The position numbers and the translations under genes are program-made. Positions 49,713 to 59,423 of a stretch of DNA of 64,000 nucleotides are shown here, in pieces. Source of the stretch: Longimicrobiales bacterium (lineage in GTDB: Bacteria > Gemmatimonadota > Gemmatimonadetes > Longimicrobiales > Gaopeijiaceae); the NCBI GenBank assembly GCA_965219445.1, contig CBDCNQ010000004.1:320001-384000 (forward strand). Direction: 5' to 3'. How positions within the stretch are numbered: the first letter of the stretch is position 1; each line of letters starts with the position of its first letter. The notes under the pieces are model-generated. The model was not told where the DNA came from, did no database searches, and saw only the letters and a list, made by a program, of their open reading frames with translations.

Positions 49713-52109
49713 GTGAACAAAGACGAGTTGCCGGCTCCCAGCGCGGGGGTCGAGTTCCCGCTTATGGCGGCGCCGGATTCGCCGGACGTCAGTTACGAGT
49801 CTTTCGGCTCGGACCAGGATGAGGATTCCGGCGTCGACGTGCGGCGGCTCGTCGCGGCTGTTTTTCGCTTCAAATGGGTGGTGGCTCTTGCCACGATCCT
49901 GGGAGCCGTTGCGGGGGGAATAGCCTGGTCCAGAGTGGACCTGGAGTACGTCGCGGGAGGGTCTCTGTGGTTGCAGGCCTCCGGGGGTCAACTTCGAAGT
50001 CAGGGTCCGATCACCGGAGCTGAGCTGCTGAGCTCTTCTTCCTGGATTGAGCTCCTCAGGTCCCTCGCGGTGCTGAATACGATGGCGGTCGAACAGAGGC
50101 TCTACTTGAGCGTGCCCGACACGACCTTCAGGCCGGTGTTCGTTTCGTTTGGGATCGACGAGACGTTGGTCCCCGGGGATTACGAGCTCCATTATGCACC
50201 CGTGACACAGACGGTGACACTTTTTCGTGAGGGACTCATCGTCGAGAGTGCGGCGCCTGGAGCAAGGCTTGGCACCACGGTGGGATTTGACTGGACCCCG
50301 CCGGTAGAGGCGCTTGCAGCTGAGGAACGGATCCAGTTCTCCGTCGCTGCACCGCGGGTCGTGGCGGGCCAGATCCGAGCAAACCTCACCACTCAGATGG
50401 ACCAGAACGGGGCCTTCATGCGTGTCCAGCTCAGGGGGAGAGACCCAGTTGAAGTCGCGTCCACGCTCAACGCGATCCTGGACCGGCACGTCAACCTCGC
50501 GGCCGACTTGAAGAGCGCCGCCCTCGACGAGCGGACATCTGTTCTCGAAGGACAGCTTGCTACCGTCGAGAGTGAGCTTCGGGACTCCGAGCGACAGCTC
50601 GAGTCGTTTCGGATCAACACGATTGCCCTCCCGTCGGACGCCGCCATGCCCATTCAGGGAGGCATCCAGCTAACGCAGGGACCCGTATTTCAGACCTACA
50701 ACAGCCTGAAAATCGAAATTGAGGAGCTGCGTGCTGGGCGGAGAGCGATGGAGCGTGTGCTGGCGAGCCTGCCGGACTCGACGCTCAGGGTAGAGGTTCT
50801 GGAAACCATTCCCGAGGTTGCGACCTCTTCTCAACTCGTCACGGCGCTGAACGAACTCACCAATGCCCGCGTCCTGCTTCGCTCGCTCAAGCAGCGCTAT
50901 ACCGACGAACACACGGACGTGCAGGATCTCACGCGGGTGACCCAGATACTCGAAACCGAAACGATCCCAGACCTCCTGCGGTCCCTTGTTCAACGGGTCC
51001 AGGACACCGAGGAACGACTGCAGGTTCGGATCGACGAGGCAACTATTGAGCTGGGCGATATTCCTCCCCGAACCATCGAGGAGACCGGATTGGTACGGCG
51101 AGTCGCTTTGGCCGACCGCCTTTATGGGGACCTCAGAGGGCGGTATCAGGAGGCGGTGCTGGCATCGGCCAGTTCAGTGCCTGACGTCCGAGTACTCGAC
51201 CGCGCATCCCCGCCGAGGACGCCCGAAGTGGACGCCCGTGTTCGGGCGGCTTTGATTTCTCTTCTTCTCGGACTCGGAATCGGGCTAGGCTTGGCAGCCC
51301 TTTTGGATCGTGCCGACACTCGCGTCCAGTACACCAGTGACGTCACCAACGCGCTCGGGCTTGACATCCTCGGGGTTGTCCCAGTGATGAAAAACGGACG
51401 CGAACAGAGCCGGCGCCAAGCGGTGGAGGCCTTCCGGGAACTCCGCATGAACTTGGAGTTCGCGTACGGAGCCGGGAAGCCACTCGCTCTGACGCTGACG
51501 AGTCCGGATCAGTCGGAGGGTAAGTCGACGCTGGTGGCTAATCTGGCGACCAGCTTCGCCTCGGTCGGTCGCAAAACCCTGGTGATCGATGGGGACACAC
51601 GAAGGGGGGATCTGCATCGGATGTTGGAAGTGCCGCGGAAACCTGGCCTCACCGAGTTCCTCCGAGGCGACGCTGCCCTCACCGAAACGGTCCAGGCTAC
51701 CGGGTATTCAGGGGTCCACCTCATTGCGTCGGGCTCCCGCTTCCAATCCTCTCCAGAGCTGCTCGCCTCCGGGAAGCTCGGCGATCTTCTGGGTGAGTTG
51801 TGGGCGCGCTACGACGTCATATTAGTGGATAGCCCGCCGCTCGGCGCTGGCGCCGACGCCCTGATCCTGGGAACTCTCACCGGTCAACTCGGGCTCGTTC
51901 TCCGAGCCGGCCAAAGCGACATGAGCTTCGCACAAGCGAAGTTGGGAGCTCTTGAGCGTCTTCCTGTTAGGATGCTCGGCGTGATTCTCAACGCCTTTGT
52001 TCCGGGACGAGCGCAGGGGCACTACGCTTATGCGGACTACATCGAGGGATACGGCTCGGCAGATGAAACGGAGGAACCAGAGGCCCTCTTAGGCGTGGTG
52101 GAACGGTAG
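49713..52109 (+). CDS. wzc: Polysaccharide co-polymerase / BY-kinase
   Basis: Two TM segments with a coiled-coil periplasmic region, 'EAFRELRMNL', Walker A 'QSEGKST', 'IDGD.R', 'LVDSPP', Tyr-rich tail; GTG start after GAGGA. Confidence 0.9.
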   Translation: MNKDELPAPSAGVEFPLMAAPDSPDVSYESFGSDQDEDSGVDVRRLVAAVFRFKWVVALATILGAVAGGIAWSRVDLEYVAGGSLWLQASGGQLRSQGPITGAELLSSSSWIELLRSLAVLNTMAVEQRLYLSVPDTTFRPVFVSFGIDETLVPGDYELHYAPVTQTVTLFREGLIVESAAPGARLGTTVGFDWTPPVEALAAEERIQFSVAAPRVVAGQIRANLTTQMDQNGAFMRVQLRGRDPVEVASTLNAILDRHVNLAADLKSAALDERTSVLEGQLATVESELRDSERQLESFRINTIALPSDAAMPIQGGIQLTQGPVFQTYNSLKIEIEELRAGRRAMERVLASLPDSTLRVEVLETIPEVATSSQLVTALNELTNARVLLRSLKQRYTDEHTDVQDLTRVTQILETETIPDLLRSLVQRVQDTEERLQVRIDEATIELGDIPPRTIEETGLVRRVALADRLYGDLRGRYQEAVLASASSVPDVRVLDRASPPRTPEVDARVRAALISLLLGLGIGLGLAALLDRADTRVQYTSDVTNALGLDILGVVPVMKNGREQSRRQAVEAFRELRMNLEFAYGAGKPLALTLTSPDQSEGKSTLVANLATSFASVGRKTLVIDGDTRRGDLHRMLEVPRKPGLTEFLRGDAALTETVQATGYSGVHLIASGSRFQSSPELLASGKLGDLLGELWARYDVILVDSPPLGAGADALILGTLTGQLGLVLRAGQSDMSFAQAKLGALERLPVRMLGVILNAFVPGRAQGHYAYADYIEGYGSADETEEPEALLGVVER

Positions 52110-53072
52110 AATCGTTCCTGACCCCGGGTCGCCGACTTGAGCCGCTCGGAGAGCTTCCATACTTCGCCCGATCAGGTCTTTCGCCCTGAGCGAGCCCCCC
52201 GTCCCGTCGAAAGCGGCATAGTACCCTGCCGAAATCTGCAGGTCTGACCGCCGGCGCTCTTTGAGGACGGCCCGGTCGCTCACGGCCTCGACGAGGCGAG
52301 TCGCCAGGATCGCCGCACCTTCTTCATCCGTTCCAGGGGCTAGGACAAGGAACTCGTTCGTGCCCAGGATCCCCGTTGAGTCAGAGTCCCGGGTTACCTC
52401 CACCAGAGTCGCCGTGATTCGGTCGAGAAGCCGGGGAAACCCCGGATCGCTCAAAGGCACTTTTAGGACTTCGTCCGGAGATCCCTCCACAACCTCTTCA
52501 GAGGAAACGACGCTCTGGCCCTCCCTTGGCCCGAGAGCCACGCAGGCCGTCCACCGCTGGCTCCGCTGTGCGTCCGCAACCAACTCCACGGCCCGCGCGA
52601 ACAACCCGTGCCAGTTATAGAGACCTGTTGCGGGATCCTTGTGTGTGTACTCCCAAGCATCCTCGACCTGTCTACGGGCACTAAGAAACGTTTTCAGCTT
52701 ACCTACAAGCTCGACCGGATCGATCGGTGAAGAAAAAATATCCCAAATACCGGATCTAAAGCACTCGTGCCGCTCCGTCCTGCTGAGACGAGCGGCGGTG
52801 GCAATGATGAAGGGGGTAGTATCGTCTACCGACGGCATGGCTCTGATGGCACGGCAGGCGTCCAGACCCAAGACGTCGGACAGGCTGTAGTCCACGATGA
52901 CGAGGTCGGGCCGGAGCCGGACGGCCAAGTCGATCGCTTGCCGACCGGTATAGGCTTTGACAACCGCAAATCCTGCTGGCTGGAGGACGCTCTCTATCGA
53001 CCGTGCAGTCCACTCTTGGCGGTTGACGAGCAGTACGATTGGAGCACGTGAGGCCGCGTGCTGACGGGTCAT
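52089..53072 (-). CDS. Atypical receiver domain plus degenerate GGDEF protein
   Basis: REC 'PDLVIVD'; 'DPATGLYN'; GGDEF replaced by GTNEF; 'ISAG'. Confidence 0.8.
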   Translation of the reverse strand: MTRQHAASRAPIVLLVNRQEWTARSIESVLQPAGFAVVKAYTGRQAIDLAVRLRPDLVIVDYSLSDVLGLDACRAIRAMPSVDDTTPFIIATAARLSRTERHECFRSGIWDIFSSPIDPVELVGKLKTFLSARRQVEDAWEYTHKDPATGLYNWHGLFARAVELVADAQRSQRWTACVALGPREGQSVVSSEEVVEGSPDEVLKVPLSDPGFPRLLDRITATLVEVTRDSDSTGILGTNEFLVLAPGTDEEGAAILATRLVEAVSDRAVLKERRRSDLQISAGYYAAFDGTGGSLRAKDLIGRSMEALRAAQVGDPGSGTILPFHHA

Positions 53073-53424
53073 GTGCGGCCTCTCGGGGCCGATGGGATGT
53101 TCCAAATAAGGGTCACGGGAGCCCTCGGGAAATACATAGCACAAATAGCTGCATGAAACGTGCTAGCGTCGAAGCTGATGCTGAGCAGAGCCACTTTCCC
53201 GATGAGTTAGAAAGGTTGAGGTAGGCCGGACCGATAGCGTTCGCCGAGTCCACGGACCCTCACAAGGATAAAGGGTAGGGGGAAATCGTTGCACGAAGGC
53301 GAAAAACGTGGTGACTCTGCAACGGATTCGTACGATCGACGCGAAGGCGCGTGTGACGTGGCCCGGCGACCCCTGGAGCCCGATCGTTATTGAAAGAGGG
53401 TTCGATCTTGCCACAGGATAATGA

Positions 53425-53440
53425 TGGCAAGGGTATTGCA
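53425..53440 (+). promoter_or_regulatory. sigma54 -24/-12 promoter
   Basis: TGGCAAGGGTATTGCA, near-consensus, upstream of the export gene. Confidence 0.8.
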
Positions 53441-53486
53441 AGCCGGTCACAGCGGGCTTCGAAATGCCGGACTCTTATAGAGGGGA

Positions 53487-54275
53487 ATGTGGATGACCAA
53501 GCTTGTGACGATAGTAGCCGCACTTGGCTTCGCTGTCCCGGCCCTGTGCAGTGGTCAGGACGCCGTCGATCCGACACGCCTCGAGATCGATCGAGCGGAG
53601 CTGACACGTCTCCTGGCCCAATACGACGCTGTAGCACAGTCTACCGCTTTTAGCGATGTGCTGCGCGACGAGGGGCGGACACGCGCAGGCGTCATCCGAG
53701 AGCGCTTGAGTATGGGTGACTTTCGGGCCGGCGACCAGATCGCACTATTCATCGAGGGGGGCGGGGCCGTTCAGTGGGATACCGTGGTGGTCGAGGCTGG
53801 GCCCCTGATCGATGTACCGACTCTCGGGCCGATCCTGCTAGAGGGGGTGTTGAGATCGGAGCTGGAGACGCACCTTAACACGGAACTCGGTCGCTTCATC
53901 CAATTACCAAGAGTACAGGCACGCGCTTTGATCCGCGTCTCGGTGATGGGAGTGGGGCAGCCAGGGTTCTATATGATGCCAGCCGACCTGCCGTTGAGCG
54001 AGGCGGTGATGTTGGCGGGTGGCCCCGGCCCCGGGGTCGATCCGGGTCAGATGCGGGTCGAACGGGGGCAGGAAGTGCTGTGGTCTGTTGAGGAGCTCCT
54101 GGCTCCGGTGGCGGAGGGCCGTACGCTGGACGACCTGGGACTGAGGGCCGGGGACAGAATCATCCTACGAGAGGGGAGTGCGCCTGGTGGTGCTGGCCTA
54201 ACATCAAGGATCACGAGCACGGCCATCTTTTGGATTCCCACCGTTGTGTTGGGGTTTTTTGGGCTTCGGCGTTAG
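53487..54275 (+). CDS. Polysaccharide export protein (Poly_export/SLBB, Wza-like)
   Basis: 'FRAGDQI', 'VPTLGPI...GV.RSEL', 'GVGQPGFY', 'AVMLAGG', 'LRAGDRI'. Confidence 0.8.
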   Translation: MWMTKLVTIVAALGFAVPALCSGQDAVDPTRLEIDRAELTRLLAQYDAVAQSTAFSDVLRDEGRTRAGVIRERLSMGDFRAGDQIALFIEGGGAVQWDTVVVEAGPLIDVPTLGPILLEGVLRSELETHLNTELGRFIQLPRVQARALIRVSVMGVGQPGFYMMPADLPLSEAVMLAGGPGPGVDPGQMRVERGQEVLWSVEELLAPVAEGRTLDDLGLRAGDRIILREGSAPGGAGLTSRITSTAIFWIPTVVLGFFGLRR

Positions 54276-54414
54276 CGTCGCGCTACGTCGACGCTCGTGA
54301 CTGGGACCGGGTCCCACTTAGAAGGGCGACGCGGCTTTTGACGCCACGACGAATTTGCTGCTGGGCCTGTACACCGTGAACACCGACACCTGGGAGCTGT
54401 CGTAGGCTCCCCCC

Positions 54415-55204
54415 TCACCCGGTCGGATCCCCCACCGTCCCCAAAAACAGAATCGCCCCAGACACCCGTTCCCGAATAGCGAACACAAACGGCCGGTCGG
54501 CCTGGAGCGCAGGCGTCCCTGGGGTGGCGAAGGCGGTGCCGGTAGCGGCGGCGGTCTCGGTGCCGGAAGTCTACCGTCACGATCTCAGCCGGGTCGAACG
54601 GGTCGGTCCATTCCCCTTTGAAGTAGATGGTGTTGACCAGCAGGGCGAGCATGCCTTTGAACTCCTCGGCCGTGACCAGTGCCGGAATTCGGCCCTCGGT
54701 GGCCGTGCCCACCCAGTGGTTGATCGTATCGGCCATGTGGGATTCCTCGAAGCGCACGCTCTCGATCCGGGCGTCGAAGCTTTCCTGCACTCGGTTCCGG
54801 TAGTCACGTCGGAACCGAAAGCCCTCGTCGAGCCAGGAAGTGTTAGCGAGCCGAAACTCGACGCCGGGGTCCGGCCGCATCAACGACGCCGTCAAGGCCC
54901 TGAAGACTTCGTTGGCCTCGTCCCTTACGAGGCCGTTCAGGCCCAGTGCGTCCCCTATGGCGCTGAAGGTCTTGCCGCCCGCGCCGTTCATCAGCATCCC
55001 CAGCGACATGGACAGGCTGAGGGGGGAGACGAAGACGTTGAGGACGTCATCCGACCGATCCGCGTAGAGCCGCCGGAGCAGCTCGAAGCCGAAGTCGTTG
55101 CCTGTCCGGAACGCCTGCGTCTCGGCCGCGCTCAGAGTACGCGGGAGCTCGCTGATCTCGGCCGGCGGGCTCTCCGTCGACCGGCGCACGATAATTCGCA
55201 CCAC
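54415..55204 (-). pseudogene. Serpin pseudogene with internal deletion and frameshift
   Basis: 'NVFVSPLS', 'INHWV..ATEGRI', 'LVNTIYFKGEW..PFD', then in another frame the hinge 'GTETAAAT' and 'ADRPFVFAIRE..ILFLG.V.DP*'. Confidence 0.85.
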
Positions 55205-55298
55205 CCGTCTCAGCTTATTCGTTCCCTCCCGCGTGGCAACCCCGATGGTGCACTAGTCGGCGGACTTGCCAGTGGGCGGACTTGGCGGAGAGGACCTC

Positions 55299-56186
55299 TC
55301 AAACGCGATTCGCCCGCTCGAGGTAGAACCGCATCCCGTCCCAATCGACTGCGGCCTTGAAGGCGTCGAAGTACCCGTCCACCTCGTCCGTCGGCCGGAA
55401 CGCCGAGATCGCCTCCCGAACCTCGCCCTCATATACGTCGCGATCCGCCTCGTTCCCTGCTGCCAGGGCCGCTTCGACCCGGTCACGGAAGGCCGACAGC
55501 CGGCTCCGCATCTCGCTAACGCGGCCCGCGAAGTCTTCGTGGACACCGAAATGGGAGACGCCAAAGGTCTCAGGGTCAATCGACTCGAGGTCGTGGAGAG
55601 TATCCAACCAAGCGGACACGTCGACAGAGGGAGGCGGCGTCGGCGGATGCGTCGGCGCATCCGGGGCGAGGATCACACCCAATGCATCTCCTGCCACGAG
55701 GGTCCCCGCCGCCTCGACCAGGTAGGACACATGATGCGAAATATGCCCCGGCGTGGCCAAGGCCCGAGCCCCGGGGACCGGCAGCCGTCCCGTCGGCTCC
55801 CAAGGTCGTATGCGCTCTGTGGGGATGGGTACGACGTCACCCCATAGGCGATCATGCGCCCCGCCGAACGTCCTCCGGGTGCTGGCCACGAGGCGCTCGG
55901 GGTCGGCCATATGCGGCGCACCATCGGTGTGAACATGCACTTCGAGGTGAGGATGGCGGGAAACCAGGTGCCCTGTCCCACCCGCATGATCGAGGTGAAC
56001 ATGCGTGAGTAAGACATGGTGGATGTCGGAGAGTCCGACACCCAGCTCGGCCAAGCCGTCCTCGAGCCCGCCGAGCGATGTGGAGGGGCCCGGGTCAACG
56101 ATCGCCGGCTCGGGACCATCGATCCAATAAGCCGAGATCGCCCCACGAACACCGAGGTGTATGACGTCGATCGGCGTAACGGTCAT
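55299..56186 (-). CDS. MBL-fold metallo-hydrolase
   Basis: 'THVHLDHAGG', 'TPGH..HH', 'AGDALG', 'SHFG'. Confidence 0.9.
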   Translation of the reverse strand: MTVTPIDVIHLGVRGAISAYWIDGPEPAIVDPGPSTSLGGLEDGLAELGVGLSDIHHVLLTHVHLDHAGGTGHLVSRHPHLEVHVHTDGAPHMADPERLVASTRRTFGGAHDRLWGDVVPIPTERIRPWEPTGRLPVPGARALATPGHISHHVSYLVEAAGTLVAGDALGVILAPDAPTHPPTPPPSVDVSAWLDTLHDLESIDPETFGVSHFGVHEDFAGRVSEMRSRLSAFRDRVEAALAAGNEADRDVYEGEVREAISAFRPTDEVDGYFDAFKAAVDWDGMRFYLERANRV

Positions 56187-56225
56187 GCGCGGGGCTGGCC
56201 GTGGTGGCGGCGGGAAAGAATCGGT

Positions 56226-57554
56226 CTAACGATCCTCTGCGGGGACGAAGTCACGCTGTTCACTCCCCGTGAAGATCTGCCTCGGGCGCGAAATGCTCTG
56301 TTCCTTGTCTTCGAGAAGCTCATCCCACTGCGCCAGCCAACCCACCGACCTCGGAATCGCGAAGAGCACGGGGAACATCTCCACCGGAAAACCCAGCGCC
56401 TGGTAAATGAGGCCTGAATAGAAGTCGACGTTCGGGTAAAGGTTCCGGGAGACGAAGAAGTCATCTTCGAGTGCGATCCTCTCCAACTCGAGCGCGATGT
56501 CGAGAAGCGGGTTTCTCCCCGTGACCTCGAACACTTCATCGGCGGCCCGCTTGAGGATGCTCGCGCGTGGATCGTACGCCTTGTACACGCGATGCCCGAA
56601 GCCCATCAGGCGCTCCTCCTTACGCTTCACGCCCTCCATGAACGCGGGAATATTGTCCGTCGTTCCGATCCTCAGGAGCATCCTCAGGACCGCCTCGTTC
56701 GCGCCGCCATGGAGCGGCCCGAAGAGTGCCCCTATCGCTCCGGCGAGAGCCGAATAGGGGTCCGCCTCACTGCTCCCGATCGTCCGCATCGCCGTGGTCG
56801 AACAATTCTGCTCGTGGTCCGCATGGAGGATGAAGAGTATGTCCAGTGCGCGCTCGACGATGGGGTTGGGCTTGTAATCGCCCCCTCCGATGCGGAACAG
56901 CATGTTGAGAAAGTTGGCCGTGAAGGAAAGCTCGTTCTCCGGCAATACGGGGGGGAGGCCCTGGTGGTGCCGGTATGTGAACCCCGCGAGCGTCGGCATC
57001 TTCGCCACCAGCCGGTGGATTTGGAGCCGCCGGTTGTCCGCGTCTCGCACGTTCCTCGCTTCGGGGTAGAATGTTCCGAGTGCGGCTACACTGCTGATCA
57101 ACATGCTCATGGCATGAGCGTCGTACCGGAACCCGTTCATGACGGTCCGGATATTCTCGTGTACGTACGTATGGTTCGTGATATCGTGCACGAAATCGTC
57201 CAGTTCGGACGGCGTCGGCAGCTCTCCGTTCAGCAGCAGATACGCGACCTCGAGGAACGTACTGCGCTCGGCGAGTTGTTCGATCGGATAGCCGCGGTAG
57301 CGAAGGATCCCCTTTCCACCGTCGATGTAGGTGATGGTGCTTCGGGTCGAGGCGGTATTCTTGAATCCGGGATCGTAGGTCATCATGCCGAAATCGCCGT
57401 CGTCGATCTTGATCTGTCGGAGATCCATGGCGCGAATGACCTCGCCCTCGTGGATGTCGACCTCGTACTCGCGCCCTGTCCGGTTATCCCTGATCGTCAG
57501 ACTGTCCTTCCCACCACTCCCGTCTTCAGTCATTTCCTCTCCGTAAGCGGTCAT
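56226..57554 (-). CDS. gltA: Citrate synthase (type II)
   Basis: 'YDPGF.NTAS..S.ITYIDG..GILRYRGYPIEQL', 'LHADHEQNCST', 'GPLHGGANE', 'MGFGHRVYK', 'PNVDFYSG'. Confidence 0.97.
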   Translation of the reverse strand: MTAYGEEMTEDGSGGKDSLTIRDNRTGREYEVDIHEGEVIRAMDLRQIKIDDGDFGMMTYDPGFKNTASTRSTITYIDGGKGILRYRGYPIEQLAERSTFLEVAYLLLNGELPTPSELDDFVHDITNHTYVHENIRTVMNGFRYDAHAMSMLISSVAALGTFYPEARNVRDADNRRLQIHRLVAKMPTLAGFTYRHHQGLPPVLPENELSFTANFLNMLFRIGGGDYKPNPIVERALDILFILHADHEQNCSTTAMRTIGSSEADPYSALAGAIGALFGPLHGGANEAVLRMLLRIGTTDNIPAFMEGVKRKEERLMGFGHRVYKAYDPRASILKRAADEVFEVTGRNPLLDIALELERIALEDDFFVSRNLYPNVDFYSGLIYQALGFPVEMFPVLFAIPRSVGWLAQWDELLEDKEQSISRPRQIFTGSEQRDFVPAEDR

Positions 57555-57728
57555 GTAGCCCGTGAACCCCAGCGAACCGAACTCCCGAAAGCGATGGAAT
57601 GTCGTGCCTCTGAAGCTGGATAGGGCCTAACTTAAGGAATTCATGGTCGCCGATGAAGTACGAGGAGGCGCCCACAACCGCAAGCACGAGAGGGAAACAC
57701 TGTCCAAGGGTCCGAAGGGAGTCCGTAG

Positions 57729-58283
57729 ATGAGTGCCGCCCCAATCTCCTTCACCTTCGACTGGCGCCCCGGCGAGCACGCCCGGGTTACGAGCTTGCTG
57801 ATCCACGAACAGTTCTCGTCCGGGCTGTGGCGCATCCTCAAGTGGGCCGTCGTCTTTGTGCTGGTCCTGAGCGCGACCCTGACCGTCGCCGCCGCGGCAG
57901 TGGGCGATCTCGCTTCCACGGTGCGGCTCGGTCCACTTACGCTCGTCGTGTCCGGGCTGACCTGGAAGCTGCCGATCCTTACTGGACGACTCCAAGCTTG
58001 GCGCGTAAGACGGAGTGATCCCAACGTAGCGCACCCGATAACCCACACGCTCGACGACTCGGGGCTCCATATCGGCATGCGCACGCTCAACGCCGAACTC
58101 AAGTGGGCGGGGATGAACAGGGTCCGTGAAACGCCCGAGATGTTTCTCTTCTACTACAGTCGGCGCACGGCCTACTTCCTTCCCAAGCGCGTACTGGGGC
58201 CCGCCGATGATTCGGCGCGTCTCGCCGACTGGATCCGGACTCGACTTCCGCAAGGCGTGGCCTACATCACCCCCTGGGGGTGA
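57729..58283 (+). CDS. YcxB-family membrane protein
   Basis: Two TM helices, then 'W....RVRET..MFLFY......FLPKR'. Confidence 0.75.
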   Translation: MSAAPISFTFDWRPGEHARVTSLLIHEQFSSGLWRILKWAVVFVLVLSATLTVAAAAVGDLASTVRLGPLTLVVSGLTWKLPILTGRLQAWRVRRSDPNVAHPITHTLDDSGLHIGMRTLNAELKWAGMNRVRETPEMFLFYYSRRTAYFLPKRVLGPADDSARLADWIRTRLPQGVAYITPWG

Positions 58284-58376
58284 AGGAGAGAGAGAGGGGG
58301 GGGGCAGCGCCGCCTTGCGCGGCCACTCCGAGGCCCATCAGGCCCAAGACCCGAACGACTTCGATGGGAACTCGAC

Positions 58377-59279
58377 TCAAAAGAGACCCCACGTCGTCCG
58401 GTAACTCACCCCGATCCCGACTCCCGTCGGGAGGTTTCGCCCAGCCAGCGGAATCTGACCCGACACCTCGACTTTACCGGGACCGACAGGGTACCCTACC
58501 GTGGGCACGATCTGAAGCAAGCGGCGCGCCTCGTCGTCGGACAACGTGAGTCCGGATACGGTCGGTGCCTGGCCCCAGAGGCCGTCGGCTCCGAGTTCCA
58601 AAGTGAGCTCACCTACCGAGCCACCGACGGCCAGATGTCCGAAGGTCTCCTCACCTGGCTCGTATTCACGCACGTCGCTAAGGCCTCGCCACCGATACCC
58701 CACCCACCCCGCAACATAGATGGGAAGGAAGTGCAAGGCCGTTCCGGATTCGAGGCTGACTTCGAAATCGCTCTGCCCCTCCGTGAGCGGTAAAACGGTC
58801 GCGTCCACGGGGAATGTGCTACCGGGCGTTTTACCACCAAACCTGAGCCCCACGGGTGCATCAAATCCGAAGAGAGCAGGAGTAACGCGGACCGCGAATC
58901 GTAAATCGCCAACTCCCGAACTCGCGCTGTTCCCACCATCACTCGTCACATCGAGGTTATGGACCGGCAACTGGGCCCAGAGATCGATGCCCTCCGCCAG
59001 GCCCACAGAAGCGGTCAAGAAAACCGAGCGGGTCAAGAAATTGCTCGCCGCCAGAAAATCCTGGACGTCACCATTCCGGTTGTAGAAGCTGACGGATCGC
59101 TGACGAAACAGGGATATTTGGGCCCAGCCGGCGCCGGGCGGGAGGCCGGTGATCGATCCGCCCTGCGAAAGAGTCGGCGATGAATGTGGAGCACTGCAGA
59201 TAGCCTGGCCCGAGAGGGGCAAGGGAAGAAGCACGGCCAAAGCGATGACCGAGAGGCCGGACAATCGAGTCAACATCAT
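58377..59279 (-). CDS. Outer-membrane beta-barrel (MetA-pathway/phenol-degradation-like)
   Basis: Signal peptide; 'SGVGDLRF', 'KTPGS', 'G.SD', alternating beta pattern, terminal F. Confidence 0.6.
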   Translation of the reverse strand: MMLTRLSGLSVIALAVLLPLPLSGQAICSAPHSSPTLSQGGSITGLPPGAGWAQISLFRQRSVSFYNRNGDVQDFLAASNFLTRSVFLTASVGLAEGIDLWAQLPVHNLDVTSDGGNSASSGVGDLRFAVRVTPALFGFDAPVGLRFGGKTPGSTFPVDATVLPLTEGQSDFEVSLESGTALHFLPIYVAGWVGYRWRGLSDVREYEPGEETFGHLAVGGSVGELTLELGADGLWGQAPTVSGLTLSDDEARRLLQIVPTVGYPVGPGKVEVSGQIPLAGRNLPTGVGIGVSYRTTWGLF

Positions 59280-59423
59280 CACCCCCGAGTGCTGGGCACA
59301 AAAAATGGCAATCTCTTGGCGTCGACCAGCGTTCGGCGGACGTTTCGAGCGTGGCCTAGAGAGAAAGCGTTGTCGTCTTCTCAATCGATGGCGCGGAGAG
59401 AAGGTTCCGCAGGGCAGGCCCAC

